64,000 bases of DNA from assembly GCA_009711785.1 (NCBI GenBank), contig VENA01000016.1, forward strand, positions 476-64,475, given 5' to 3'. The notes beneath the pieces are model-generated. The model did no database searches. It had not been told where the DNA came from and worked only from the letters and a program-made list of their open reading frames with translations. The translations under genes were made by a program, and so were the position numbers. Below are positions 8,587 through 18,165 of the stretch, piece by piece. The stretch's first letter is position 1, and the number at the start of each line of letters is the position of its first letter. Source of the stretch: Bacillota bacterium. GTDB taxonomy: Bacteria > Bacillota > Clostridia > Tissierellales > MES13.

Positions 8587-10666
8587 TTAATCTCACCATC
8601 CCTACTGCTTCAATTTCTACATTATTAGGTATTTCATTTAATGATAATACCGCTAAGTTAGGAAATGCCATTTCTATCATTCTTTTAAATGGACTCCTTA
8701 TCCTAGGTGCTGCAAGTATTACTGGATTCATTTGTTTAATACTAGCAGCTTCAATAAGTTCATGAATTGTTTCAAGTATCTTTGTATTAACATTAGGATC
8801 TATAGCTGGAAAGGAACCTTGAAATGATTTTTGAATATTATTATGTATCATTTCTTCTAATTCAGGATGTATTGTTAGAACTTGTAATACATTTTCTTCA
8901 TTAACATAATCCTTTACTATAGTCCTACTTAATGCATGTCTTACATACTCTGTTAAAATTTCTGTATCCTTAGTATTAACAGCATGGTCTGCTAAGGTTT
9001 CTAATATTGTTACTAAATCCTTAATAGCCACATTCTCTCTTAGTAAATTCCTTAATACCTTTTGAAGTTCTCCTATTGATAATAAATCAGGAATAAGTTC
9101 CTCTATAACAGCGTTATATCTTTCTTTTAAAGTATCTAGTAATGTTTTTATTTCCTGTCTTCCAAGTAACTCATGACTATGATTATTAATAACTTCCTTT
9201 AAATGTGTTATTAAAACCGTTGTAGGGTCTACTATTGTATATCCTTTCATTTCTGCCTTTTCCTTTAAATCTTCCTCTATCCATTTAGCAGGTAGATTAA
9301 AGGCAGGTTCCTTAGTATCTATACCCTTAATATCTATATTTCCATTCCCAGGATCCATAACCATTAAATGATCATGAAGTATTTCTCCTCTAGCTACTTC
9401 ATTTCCCTTTATTTTTATTACATATTCATTTGGTTCTAGTTGTAAATTATCCCTTATTCTTATCGGTTGAACAATTATACCTATATCAGAAGCAGCTTGT
9501 CTTCTTACGGCTGCTATCCTTTCAAGTAAATCTCCCCCCGATGATTCATCAACTAAGGGTATTAATCCATAGGCAATTTCAACCTCAAAGGGTTCTACTT
9601 GAATATAATTTGTTACTTCTTCAGGTTCTTTAGTTGCACTTTCTTCTATCTCTAATTCTTGATTTTCTTTTTCTATTTCTTCTTGTTTATTATATTCATT
9701 TAATATATAAGCAATTGTACCTGCAACTATGGAAAGTCCTATAAAGGGTGGCGCAGGTAAAGCTGGTATAAGTCCCATTACAAATATTACTACAGCAGCT
9801 ATAAAAATTACCTTTGGAAAGGAAAATAGCTGATGGGATAAATCAGTACCAAAGTTTTCATTAGTAGCTGATCTTGTAACTAATATACCACTTGCTATTG
9901 ATATTAATAAAGCAGGTATCTGACTTACTAGACCATCACCTATAGTTAATATACCAAACCTTTGTAAAGCTTCTACTAAGCTTAAACCTTCTTGCCAGGA
10001 AAATATTGCTATTCCTCCGATAAAGTTTATAATAACTATAACTATTCCTGCTATAGCATCACCCTTAACAAACTTACTAGCACCATCCATAGCTCCATAA
10101 AAATCTGCTTCATTTTGAAGCTTTTGTCTTTGACGTCTCGCCTGTTCATCTGTTATTATACCTGCATTTAAATCAGCATCTATACTCATTTGCTTACCAG
10201 GCATTCCATCAAGTGTAAATCTTGCTGCAACTTCTGCTACCCTTCCAGCACCATTAGTAATAACTACAAACTGAACTACTACTATAATAATAAATATAAT
10301 TGCTCCAACTATATAATTATTTCCAGTAACAAAACCTCCAAAGGCCTCTATAACTTGTCCTGCTTGACCTTTACTTAATATAAGTCTAGTTGATGAAATA
10401 TTAAGTCCTAATCTAAATAGTGTAGTGATTAATAATAATGTTGGAAATATGGAAAATTGTAATATTTCTGTTGTAAACATAGTTAAAAGTATAATTACTA
10501 AAGCAAATGTTAAATTAAATGTAAGCAATAAATCAAGCATCACAGGAGGTAATGGAAGTACTATCATTGCTACTATACCAATAACTCCAAATGCAGCTAT
10601 AGCGTCCATATTATTACTTAATCTTGATAAAAATCCTGTAGTTGGTTTTTCCATATGTATCTTCAC
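8561..10666 (-). CDS. flhA: flagellar type III export gate protein FlhA
   Basis: About 700 aa. Conserved FHIPEP region (GAMDGASKFVKGDAIAG) and C-terminal cytoplasmic domain. Confidence 0.95.
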   Translation of the reverse strand: MKIHMEKPTTGFLSRLSNNMDAIAAFGVIGIVAMIVLPLPPVMLDLLLTFNLTFALVIILLTMFTTEILQFSIFPTLLLITTLFRLGLNISSTRLILSKGQAGQVIEAFGGFVTGNNYIVGAIIFIIIVVVQFVVITNGAGRVAEVAARFTLDGMPGKQMSIDADLNAGIITDEQARRQRQKLQNEADFYGAMDGASKFVKGDAIAGIVIVIINFIGGIAIFSWQEGLSLVEALQRFGILTIGDGLVSQIPALLISIASGILVTRSATNENFGTDLSHQLFSFPKVIFIAAVVIFVMGLIPALPAPPFIGLSIVAGTIAYILNEYNKQEEIEKENQELEIEESATKEPEEVTNYIQVEPFEVEIAYGLIPLVDESSGGDLLERIAAVRRQAASDIGIIVQPIRIRDNLQLEPNEYVIKIKGNEVARGEILHDHLMVMDPGNGNIDIKGIDTKEPAFNLPAKWIEEDLKEKAEMKGYTIVDPTTVLITHLKEVINNHSHELLGRQEIKTLLDTLKERYNAVIEELIPDLLSIGELQKVLRNLLRENVAIKDLVTILETLADHAVNTKDTEILTEYVRHALSRTIVKDYVNEENVLQVLTIHPELEEMIHNNIQKSFQGSFPAIDPNVNTKILETIHELIEAASIKQMNPVILAAPRIRSPFKRMIEMAFPNLAVLSLNEIPNNVEIEAVGMVRLNENSQVPS

Positions 10667-10685
10667 CCTTTTCTAAGTTAAAATT

Positions 10686-11885
10686 CTAAAAATATTTCTT
10701 TTTTCTTTCCATTTCATATACTAATGCTAGTATCTCTGCTACAGCTTGATAAAGCTCCATAGGTATTTCTTCATTTATTTCAACCTGTTTATAAAGTGTC
10801 CTTGCTAAGGGTTTATTTTCTATTATCGGAACCTCAGATTCATTAGCAGCTTCCCTTATTTTTTTAGCTATAAAATCTGCTCCCTTTGCTACAACTTTAG
10901 GTGCATCAGATTCGTTAGTATCATATTTAATCGCTATTGCTAAATGTGTTGGGTTTGTTATAACTACATCTGAACTTGGTATTTCAGATATCATTCTATT
11001 CATAGCCATTTCTCTTTGTTTTTGTTTTCTTTGGGATTTTATCTGAGGATCTCCCTCCATTTGTTTTGTTTCTTCTTTAATTTCATGTTTTGTCATTCTT
11101 AAATTCTTTTTAAAATCATACTTTTGATATATAAAATCTATAATTGCAAGTATTCCTAAAATAACTGCTATTCTTAGCATTAAACTTAAAACAAATTCTT
11201 TAAAAAATGGAAAAATCCCCATTAACCCAATATGGGTTACTGAAAATATCTTATCCATATTATCTTTAATAAAATCATAAGCAATATATCCTACTGTTAA
11301 CATTTTAAAAAAAGTTTTTGCAAAATCAAATATAGCTTTTTTTGAAAAAATCTTTTTAAAACCTTCTATTGGATTTAATTTTTTTATATCTGGCTTTAAT
11401 GGTTCAGTTGCTTTTATAAATCCAGATTGAAATAAATTTGCAAGCACTCCTCCGATTATAATAACTATAAACATATAAGAAGTTATCTTTACATATCTAA
11501 GTACTAAATGACTAAATAACTTTGTAAGATTTCCCATTGTAAATAACATATTATAATTATTGTGAAGTGAATACTTTAATAAATCATATATGCTATAAAA
11601 TATTTCATCTCCAAAGGAAGTTAATAAAATAATAACTATAATAAGTATTATAATAGAGTTTAAATCCTGACTTTTAGCAACTTGTCCCTTTTTTTTAGCA
11701 TCTGCTAACTTCTTTGGCGTAGGATCTTCTGTTTTTTCTGAATCTGCTAATAAAAAATTGCTTGGGAAATATCTTTTATTAAACAAAGTAGTCCCACAAA
11801 AGCTAAAATGTATAGCTAATGTTTTTTTGTTTATTAAATTAATAATAAATATAAGTCCTATTAAAAAATAAAATTCATTAGTCAA
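10686..11885 (-). CDS. flhB: flagellar export switch protein FlhB (start uncertain)
   Basis: EKTEDPTPKKLADAKKKGQVAKS motif and NPTH autocleavage site (ITNPTHLAIAI). The family-typical N-terminus would begin near the TTG at 11786. The ORF extends 33 further hydrophobic codons to 11885. Confidence 0.9.
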   Translation of the reverse strand: MTNEFYFLIGLIFIINLINKKTLAIHFSFCGTTLFNKRYFPSNFLLADSEKTEDPTPKKLADAKKKGQVAKSQDLNSIIILIIVIILLTSFGDEIFYSIYDLLKYSLHNNYNMLFTMGNLTKLFSHLVLRYVKITSYMFIVIIIGGVLANLFQSGFIKATEPLKPDIKKLNPIEGFKKIFSKKAIFDFAKTFFKMLTVGYIAYDFIKDNMDKIFSVTHIGLMGIFPFFKEFVLSLMLRIAVILGILAIIDFIYQKYDFKKNLRMTKHEIKEETKQMEGDPQIKSQRKQKQREMAMNRMISEIPSSDVVITNPTHLAIAIKYDTNESDAPKVVAKGADFIAKKIREAANESEVPIIENKPLARTLYKQVEINEEIPMELYQAVAEILALVYEMERKKKYF

Positions 11886-11890
11886 AATTA

Positions 11891-12658
11891 TTATCCCCCA
11901 AAAAGTGTTAATATCCTATCCATTTTATATGGTAAAGTTTCTATTAAATTAATCATCTGATTACCTATAGCCGGTAATAAAACTAGCATAGTTAATATTC
12001 CAACTAAAACCTTTAATGGTAATCCTAAAATAAATATATTTATCTGTGGTACTGTTCTTGCTAATAATCCAACAACAATAGTTGATAATAATAATATAAA
12101 TATTAATGGAACAGCTATTTGAAAAGCTATTACAAAACTTTCTGTAAAAAACTTTCCTATTGTATCAGCTCCTAAATTCCCTAAATCAAATTTAGTTAAT
12201 GAAACTAATTCAAAACTTTTAGCTAGAGAATATAATAAATAGTGATGTCCATCAATCACAAAAAAAAGTATAAGTCCTAACCAATAATAAATCTTACCAT
12301 ATAAAGATATTCTATTTCCTGTAACAGGATCAAAGGAACTTGCTATTGCAAAACCTGATTGAAAATCTATCATCTGACCTGCCATTTGAAGACTTACAAA
12401 TATTATGTTAGTAAGATATCCTAATATAAGTCCAAATATTGTTTCTTTTATAATTAACATAAAATAAGATAACATATTATTATTTATTATTCCTTCATCT
12501 AAGGGTATAACATTAAAAAGTAAAAATGAAAATATAAACACAAAACCTATTTTAAGAAGTTTTGGCATTGATTTCATAGAAAAAATCGGAGAACTAACCA
12601 TAAAACTTCCGATTCTTACAGATATTAAAAAAAATAATTGAAAACCAACTATAGACAT
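11891..12658 (-). CDS. fliR: flagellar export apparatus protein FliR
   Basis: 255-aa polytopic membrane protein between fliQ and flhB. Confidence 0.9.
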   Translation of the reverse strand: MSIVGFQLFFLISVRIGSFMVSSPIFSMKSMPKLLKIGFVFIFSFLLFNVIPLDEGIINNNMLSYFMLIIKETIFGLILGYLTNIIFVSLQMAGQMIDFQSGFAIASSFDPVTGNRISLYGKIYYWLGLILFFVIDGHHYLLYSLAKSFELVSLTKFDLGNLGADTIGKFFTESFVIAFQIAVPLIFILLLSTIVVGLLARTVPQINIFILGLPLKVLVGILTMLVLLPAIGNQMINLIETLPYKMDRILTLFGG

Positions 12659-12667
12659 CTATACCAC

Positions 12668-12934
12668 CTAAACCACATTAGTTATTTTATCAAATATACG
12701 ATTTGCAAATCCGATAAGGGTATTTAACATAAAGGTACCAAATATTAAAAGGGATATAAAAACTGCTAATATCTTAGGTACAAATGTCAAAGTTTGCTCT
12801 TGTACTTGAGTTGTGGCCTGTAAAATACTTATTAAAAGTCCCATACCTAGAGCTACTAATAATATTGGCCCTGCTATTAGCATAATCGTTGTAAAAGCGT
12901 CTTTCATTATATCTAAAACCATTGCTTGACTCAT
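12668..12934 (-). CDS. fliQ: flagellar export apparatus protein FliQ
   Basis: 88-aa two-TM protein with the typical AGPILLVALGMGLLISILQATTQVQEQTL. Confidence 0.95.
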   Translation of the reverse strand: MSQAMVLDIMKDAFTTIMLIAGPILLVALGMGLLISILQATTQVQEQTLTFVPKILAVFISLLIFGTFMLNTLIGFANRIFDKITNVV

Positions 12935-12944
12935 TTTTTCACCT

Positions 12945-13709
12945 CTAATGAAAACTTTCTATTAAGGATTTGATTACTATAAACCACCCATCAACCATTA
13001 CAAATAATAATAATTTAAATGGTAATGAAATCATTACAGGTGGTAACATAAACATACCCATTGACATTAATATACTAGCAACTATTAAATCTATTACTAT
13101 AAAGGGTATAAATAGTAAAAACCCTATTTGAAAAGCTGTTTTTAATTCACTTATTACAAAGGCAGGAACTAATACTCTAAATGGTGTATCTAATCTTTCA
13201 TTAGGCAAGTCCATCTTTGACATATTTATAAAAAGTGCTAAATCCTTTTCTCTAGTTTGTTTTAACATAAATTCCTTAATAGGCTCAGAACCTACTTCTA
13301 TAGCTTCCTCTTGACTTATGGTTCCATCTAAGTATGGATTAATAGCATCATCTATAACCTCTCCATATACAGGAGACATTATAAAAAGTGTCATAAAAAG
13401 TGCTAAAGCTATTAGTATCTGATTAGGTGGAGTTTGTTGAGTTCCTACTGCATTTCTAAGTAAAGATAATACTACAATTATTCTTGTAAAGGAAGTCATA
13501 AGTATTATAAAAGAAGGTGCTAATGTTAAAAAGGTAAAAAGTATTAATAATTTTAATGAACTTACAACTTCTTCAGGCTCTCCATCTTGATTAAAACCTA
13601 TATCAAGACCAGGCACTTCTATCTCTAATGGCTCTGCAGAAACATTACTTGTAAAGGCAAATAATATTAAAATTATTGTTAGGATTATAAAAATTCTCTT
13701 CTTTTTCAT
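12945..13709 (-). CDS. fliP: flagellar export apparatus protein FliP
   Basis: Signal peptide plus conserved TSFTRIIVVLSLLRNAVGTQQTPPNQ. Confidence 0.95.
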   Translation of the reverse strand: MKKKRIFIILTIILILFAFTSNVSAEPLEIEVPGLDIGFNQDGEPEEVVSSLKLLILFTFLTLAPSFIILMTSFTRIIVVLSLLRNAVGTQQTPPNQILIALALFMTLFIMSPVYGEVIDDAINPYLDGTISQEEAIEVGSEPIKEFMLKQTREKDLALFINMSKMDLPNERLDTPFRVLVPAFVISELKTAFQIGFLLFIPFIVIDLIVASILMSMGMFMLPPVMISLPFKLLLFVMVDGWFIVIKSLIESFH

Positions 13710-14062
13710 CTGTTTTTCATACCTTTTCTTAGTTTTTTATAATTTTTTAGTAGTGCTTCTTTAAAATTATATTCTCCATCATCTTTAACACATTCTTTAA
13801 TTTCATTCTCTGAAAGTTCAGTTAAAACTTGAATATTATTTTCAGATACCCCTAAAACAACATACTTTTCTCCTAACTTAGCAATACATAAAGAAGATTT
13901 ATTATGTAAAGGTATTTTTTCAATAATTTTCATATTTTTTCCCTTATTATACTTCATTAAGTATTTATTACTTAATCTTAAACTAATGTATGCAAGTATT
14001 ACTACTATAGGAAGTGCTATTAATAATTTTATAAAGCTTAAAAAAAACGAATTGTCATTCAT
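13706..14062 (-). CDS. fliO: flagellar biosynthesis protein FliO/FliZ
   Basis: 118-aa single-TM protein immediately upstream of fliP and overlapping it. Confidence 0.6.
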   Translation of the reverse strand: MNDNSFFLSFIKLLIALPIVVILAYISLRLSNKYLMKYNKGKNMKIIEKIPLHNKSSLCIAKLGEKYVVLGVSENNIQVLTELSENEIKECVKDDGEYNFKEALLKNYKKLRKGMKNR

Positions 14063-14075
14063 CTTATCACTCTTT

Positions 14076-14513
14076 CTATTGAACCATAAAATCAGTTATA
14101 TAAACATCTTTTATAATATTTTTATCAAATATTACATTTACCTTTTCTCGTATTTCTGTTTTTAAAGCATCTGTCTTCTCTACAGTTTTAATATCATCTA
14201 TTTCTTTATCTCTTAAAATCTTTATAATTATATCCTTTATCTGAAATTTCCTTTTTTCTAATACTTTTTCATCGTCTTCATTACTATATGATAAAACTAT
14301 CTTTGTTTTTAAATATCTATTTATTCTATCATTTTTAAGATTTACAACAATTTGTCCAACTTCATAATTATAGCTTGTTTCCTTTTTTTCAAATAAGTTA
14401 ATATTTTCAAATGTATTTGTAGCTATGTATAAATATCCTGCTACTGCTGCTAATATTACTACAACAATAAGTGGTATAATTATTTTTAATTTACTATTTT
14501 TATTCTCTGCCAT
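14076..14513 (-). CDS. fliL: flagellar basal body-associated protein FliL
   Basis: 145 aa with an N-terminal TM. Lies downstream of motB. FliL-like C-terminal region. Confidence 0.8.
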   Translation of the reverse strand: MAENKNSKLKIIIPLIVVVILAAVAGYLYIATNTFENINLFEKKETSYNYEVGQIVVNLKNDRINRYLKTKIVLSYSNEDDEKVLEKRKFQIKDIIIKILRDKEIDDIKTVEKTDALKTEIREKVNVIFDKNIIKDVYITDFMVQ

Positions 14514-15273
14514 CTAATATCACATCCCCATCTTGATTAATAACTATCAGGATATTTACCCTCCTATTAAGACTTTTATGCTCAGGGGTATCATTAGGTG
14601 CTATCGGCCTATATTCACCACACCCTGCCGCTGTAAGTCTTTTAGGGTCAATATTTTTTTCTTCTGCGAAATATCTAACAACAGATGTAGCTCTGTCTAC
14701 AGAAAGTTCCCAGTTACTAGGATATCTCTTTGAATATATCGGTGTATTATCAGTGTGTCCTTCAACTACAATTTCATTTGGAAACTGTTTTATAAGTCTT
14801 GAAACTGTATTTAATATTTCTTTACTGTCATATTTAAGATTAGCCTCAGCAGGTTCAAATAATATATTTTCGTTTATATCAACTATAACGCCTCTTTTAT
14901 CAGCCCTTATTTTAACTTCAGCATCTAATCCTTCTTCTTTTATAAAATCGCTTACTTTATTATACATTTGTCTAACTTTATCAAAATTAGTTATATCTTC
15001 CATATTGCTATCTTCATCATTTGGTATAGGAAGGAGCTGATCTACTGGTGTATCCCCAGGTGCTGTATCATTTTCAAATATAGTTACTTTCCCTTGTCCT
15101 ATTAATACACTTTGAAGTGCACTTGCAACTTGTTTAAATTTCATAGCATCTAAAGTAGAAAATGAATATAAAAGTATAAAAAATGTTAAAAGTAAAGTCA
15201 TTAAATCTGAATATGTAGTTAACCAACCTTGAGATGAATTTTCTTCACTTTTTCTTCTTTTTTTTCTACCCAT
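14500..15273 (-). CDS. motB: flagellar stator protein MotB (OmpA-like peptidoglycan-binding domain)
   Basis: Conserved WLTTYSDLMTLLLTFF plug/TM with the invariant Asp, and a C-terminal OmpA-like motif NRRVNILI. The likely start, MGRKKRRK at 15273, overlaps the end of motA. Confidence 0.9.
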   Translation of the reverse strand: MGRKKRRKSEENSSQGWLTTYSDLMTLLLTFFILLYSFSTLDAMKFKQVASALQSVLIGQGKVTIFENDTAPGDTPVDQLLPIPNDEDSNMEDITNFDKVRQMYNKVSDFIKEEGLDAEVKIRADKRGVIVDINENILFEPAEANLKYDSKEILNTVSRLIKQFPNEIVVEGHTDNTPIYSKRYPSNWELSVDRATSVVRYFAEEKNIDPKRLTAAGCGEYRPIAPNDTPEHKSLNRRVNILIVINQDGDVILDGRE

Positions 15274-16072
15274 TTTCAGACACCGTCTCCATATTTTCAT
15301 TTACATTTCTATTTTCTTTTCTTTCACTAGGTGATAGATAAGTTGTTAATCTTTCTTCTACAATCCTTGGGTTATTACCAGCTTGAATTGCTAATATACC
15401 CTCTATCATCATTTCCCTTGTAAAAAGTTCTTCCTCTGTTTGTACCTTTAAATTATTAGCTATGGGAAGTAATATTAAATTTGCAAATAATGCTCCATAA
15501 AATGTTGTAATTAAAGCTGTCGCCATACCTATACCTATAGCTGATGAATCATTTAAGTCACTAAGCATAACTATAAGCCCTATAAGTGTACCTATCATAC
15601 CAAAAGCAGGAGCATAATCTCCCCAACTTTTAAATATTTTTTGACCTGATGAATGTCTTTTTTCAGTAGCTTCCATTTCTAGTTGTAAAATATCTTCTAT
15701 AGTTTCAGGTTCTATACCATCTATTACCATCTGAATTCCTCTTTCAAGGAAATCATCATTTACCTCTCTTATATCATCTTCTAGTGATAAAATACCTTCT
15801 CTTCTTGATTTTTTAGAAAGTTTTGCAAAAAGGTTTATCATTTCTTTTCTATTATCCATTGGTGCTTCAAAAATTTGTTTTATAATTATTGGTACCGCCA
15901 TTAAATCTTTTAAAGGATAACTAACCATTAAAGCAGCAAAAGATCCTACAATAACAATTACAAAGGCTGAAATACTTAAAAAACTACCTAATTCCCCTTG
16001 CATACTTATAGCTACTAATATTAAAGTTATACCTCCAAAAATAGCTATCAATGGCACTAAATTTCTTCTCAT
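15266..16072 (-). CDS. motA: flagellar stator protein MotA
   Basis: Four-TM MotA/TolQ/ExbB family (APAFGMIGTLIGLI). The likely start MRRNLVPL at 16072 follows GGAGGTGAAGAA. Confidence 0.9.
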   Translation of the reverse strand: MRRNLVPLIAIFGGITLILVAISMQGELGSFLSISAFVIVIVGSFAALMVSYPLKDLMAVPIIIKQIFEAPMDNRKEMINLFAKLSKKSRREGILSLEDDIREVNDDFLERGIQMVIDGIEPETIEDILQLEMEATEKRHSSGQKIFKSWGDYAPAFGMIGTLIGLIVMLSDLNDSSAIGIGMATALITTFYGALFANLILLPIANNLKVQTEEELFTREMMIEGILAIQAGNNPRIVEERLTTYLSPSERKENRNVNENMETVSENG

Positions 16073-16272
16073 TTCTTCACCTCCAGATTGCATGAATGGA
16101 TTTTTCTTTTGTATTTTATTATCTTTTCAACTACTTCTTCAGAAGTCTCTCTAACTCTTACCTTTTTATCCCCAGTTAAAGAAATAATTGTATCTGAGTA
16201 AGCTTCAATACTTTCTATTAACTCAGCATTTAAATAAAATGTATCTCCCCTTAACTTAGTTAACTTAATCAT
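16069..16272 (-). CDS. flbD: flagellar protein FlbD
   Basis: 67 aa. MIKLTKLRGDTFYLNAELIESIE is typical of FlbD. Lies upstream of motA. Confidence 0.85.
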   Translation of the reverse strand: MIKLTKLRGDTFYLNAELIESIEAYSDTIISLTGDKKVRVRETSEEVVEKIIKYKRKIHSCNLEVKK

Positions 16273-16297
16273 ATTTTATTCCCCTTTATAAGGTTAT

Positions 16298-16321
16298 TAG
16301 GAGAAGTTTAAACTTCTCCTA
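16298..16321 (-). other. perfect 10-bp-stem hairpin (TAGGAGAAGT-ttaa-ACTTCTCCTA) directly after the flgE stop, no U-tract
   Basis: Palindrome read directly. It sits in the 53-nt flgE-flbD gap. Confidence 0.6.
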
Positions 16322-16325
16322 TTAA

Positions 16326-17261
16326 TTATCTTTTTAAATTTATAAGCTCTTGTAACATTTCATCTGAAGTTGTTATAGTTCTTGAATTAGCTTGAAATGC
16401 TCTACTTGTTGTAATCATATCAGTAAATTCATTAGCTAAATCAACATTAGACATCTCTAATGCTCCCTGTCTTATTGTACCAAAACCATTTTGGGCTGCT
16501 TTTCCCGATTGAGGAGTTCCTGAGTTACTACTATCAGTATAAAGATTTCCTCCCATTTTTTCTAATCCTTCAGGATTTTCAAATTTAGCTAAAGCAACCC
16601 TTCCTAAAATATAAGGCTTACCATCACTATAAACTGCCTTAACAAGGCCTGTCCCGTCTATAGAGAAGCTTTGAAGTTCCTCATCATCCCCACCTTCTCC
16701 TGTTATCATATTAGGAATAACTAAAGCTTTTAAATCAATACTATCATCTGCAAAAACATCTTCTCCATCATCTTCTATATCCCCTACATCAACAGATGGT
16801 TCTTCTGGATCATCTACTCCATAACCCATTATTCTTAGTCCATCTGAATTGACTAAATTACCATTAAAATCAGTAAAAAATGCTCCATCTCTGGTATATC
16901 TTTTTATATTTCCATCAGTATCCTCAGAAACTACAAAGAAACCTTCATTTTCAATAGCAAAATCTAAATCTCTACCGGTAGGTTGTAGTGCTCCACCTTC
17001 CATCATAGTATCTATAGCTGCAACTGTAGAACCTAAACCAACTTGCTTTGGATTAACTCCACCTCTTCCTCCTGGCTCTGTTCCATCGCCATCATTAGGT
17101 CCTTGGGCATTTGATATAGTCTGACTTAACATATCCTTAAAACGTACTCTACCACTTTTAAAAGCAGTTGTATTTACATTGGCAATATTATTACCTATAA
17201 CATCCATCTTTGTTTGGTTACCTCTCATTCCACTAACACCTGAATAAAGTGATCTTAACAT
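16326..17261 (-). CDS. flgE: flagellar hook protein FlgE
   Basis: MLRSLYSGVSGM...IANVNTTAFK at the N-terminus and GALEMSNVDLANEFTDMITTSRAFQAN at the C-terminus. The ATG at 17261 is preceded by GGGGAGG; the ORF-track start at 17297 is less likely. Confidence 0.9.
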   Translation of the reverse strand: MLRSLYSGVSGMRGNQTKMDVIGNNIANVNTTAFKSGRVRFKDMLSQTISNAQGPNDGDGTEPGGRGGVNPKQVGLGSTVAAIDTMMEGGALQPTGRDLDFAIENEGFFVVSEDTDGNIKRYTRDGAFFTDFNGNLVNSDGLRIMGYGVDDPEEPSVDVGDIEDDGEDVFADDSIDLKALVIPNMITGEGGDDEELQSFSIDGTGLVKAVYSDGKPYILGRVALAKFENPEGLEKMGGNLYTDSSNSGTPQSGKAAQNGFGTIRQGALEMSNVDLANEFTDMITTSRAFQANSRTITTSDEMLQELINLKR

Positions 17262-17338
17262 TAATATTCCTCCCCTTTTATGTTTGTGCCATATCAATCA
17301 ATCAATGGCATCTTGGCTTCCTTAAAAGGTCCAGCCAA

Positions 17339-17728
17339 TTAATCTATTATTACTGCACTATCTATATTAGTAAAAACATCACTCTTTGAACTTTCTTTAT
17401 CCATAGCAGTTATTATCGTCTTATTTTTTATACTTGTAATAAAAGCCATATCCTTATATAACAAAAGTGATTCCCTTGCACCCTTTTTTTTAGCCTTATC
17501 CATAGCTTTTTCTAGTTTAAGCATATCATCATTATTAAGTTTCATATTTCTTTGATTTAACCTTCTCTGGGCATGGGCTGATATTTTTACATTTGTTTTA
17601 TTTATTTTCTCATTAAGTATGTTTTTAAAATCATTTTTATTATTATTTACGTTTTTTCTTTCGATGTTTTTATTATTACTTAATTGATTTAATCTTTTTA
17701 AATAATTACTATTTATCCTGCTGTTCAT
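17339..17728 (-). CDS. conserved 'flagellar operon protein' of unknown function (the type usually found between flgD and flgE in Clostridia and Bacilli)
   Basis: 129 aa. The ISAHAQRRLNQRNMKL motif and its position between flgD and flgE support the call. Confidence 0.55.
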   Translation of the reverse strand: MNSRINSNYLKRLNQLSNNKNIERKNVNNNKNDFKNILNEKINKTNVKISAHAQRRLNQRNMKLNNDDMLKLEKAMDKAKKKGARESLLLYKDMAFITSIKNKTIITAMDKESSKSDVFTNIDSAVIID

Positions 17729-18155
17729 CTACTTCACTTCCTGCTTCTAAAGTGGGTTTAATATTTTCTATTTCTAATACATTTTCTACTGGATATTCTT
17801 TATTATCTATTACAATACTAACATTACTTCCATTTAATCTTACCTTTTCTACTTCTCCATTAACTATATTTTCGCCATTTAATACATTTACTTTTTTTCC
17901 AACTAAAGAAGTTCCATATTGAGCATTTTGTGAATACATCAGTTTTTCAAAGGACTGATTTAAATTTTGCATTTGTTCAAGTGATGAAAACTGTGCCATC
18001 TGTGCAACAAATTCAGTATTATCCCCACCCTTCATAGGGTCTTGATATTGTAATTGTGCAGATAATATCTTAAAAAACTCATTTTTTCCTAAATTTTTAT
18101 CCCTTTGTATAGGATTAGTTCTTTCTAATTGGGAATAATCAGTATTTATATTCAT
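17709..18155 (-). CDS. flgD: flagellar hook capping/assembly protein FlgD
   Basis: [36 protein letters not shown] is the FlgD signature. Confidence 0.9.
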   Translation of the reverse strand: [148 protein letters not shown]

Positions 18156-18165
18156 TCAGCACCTC

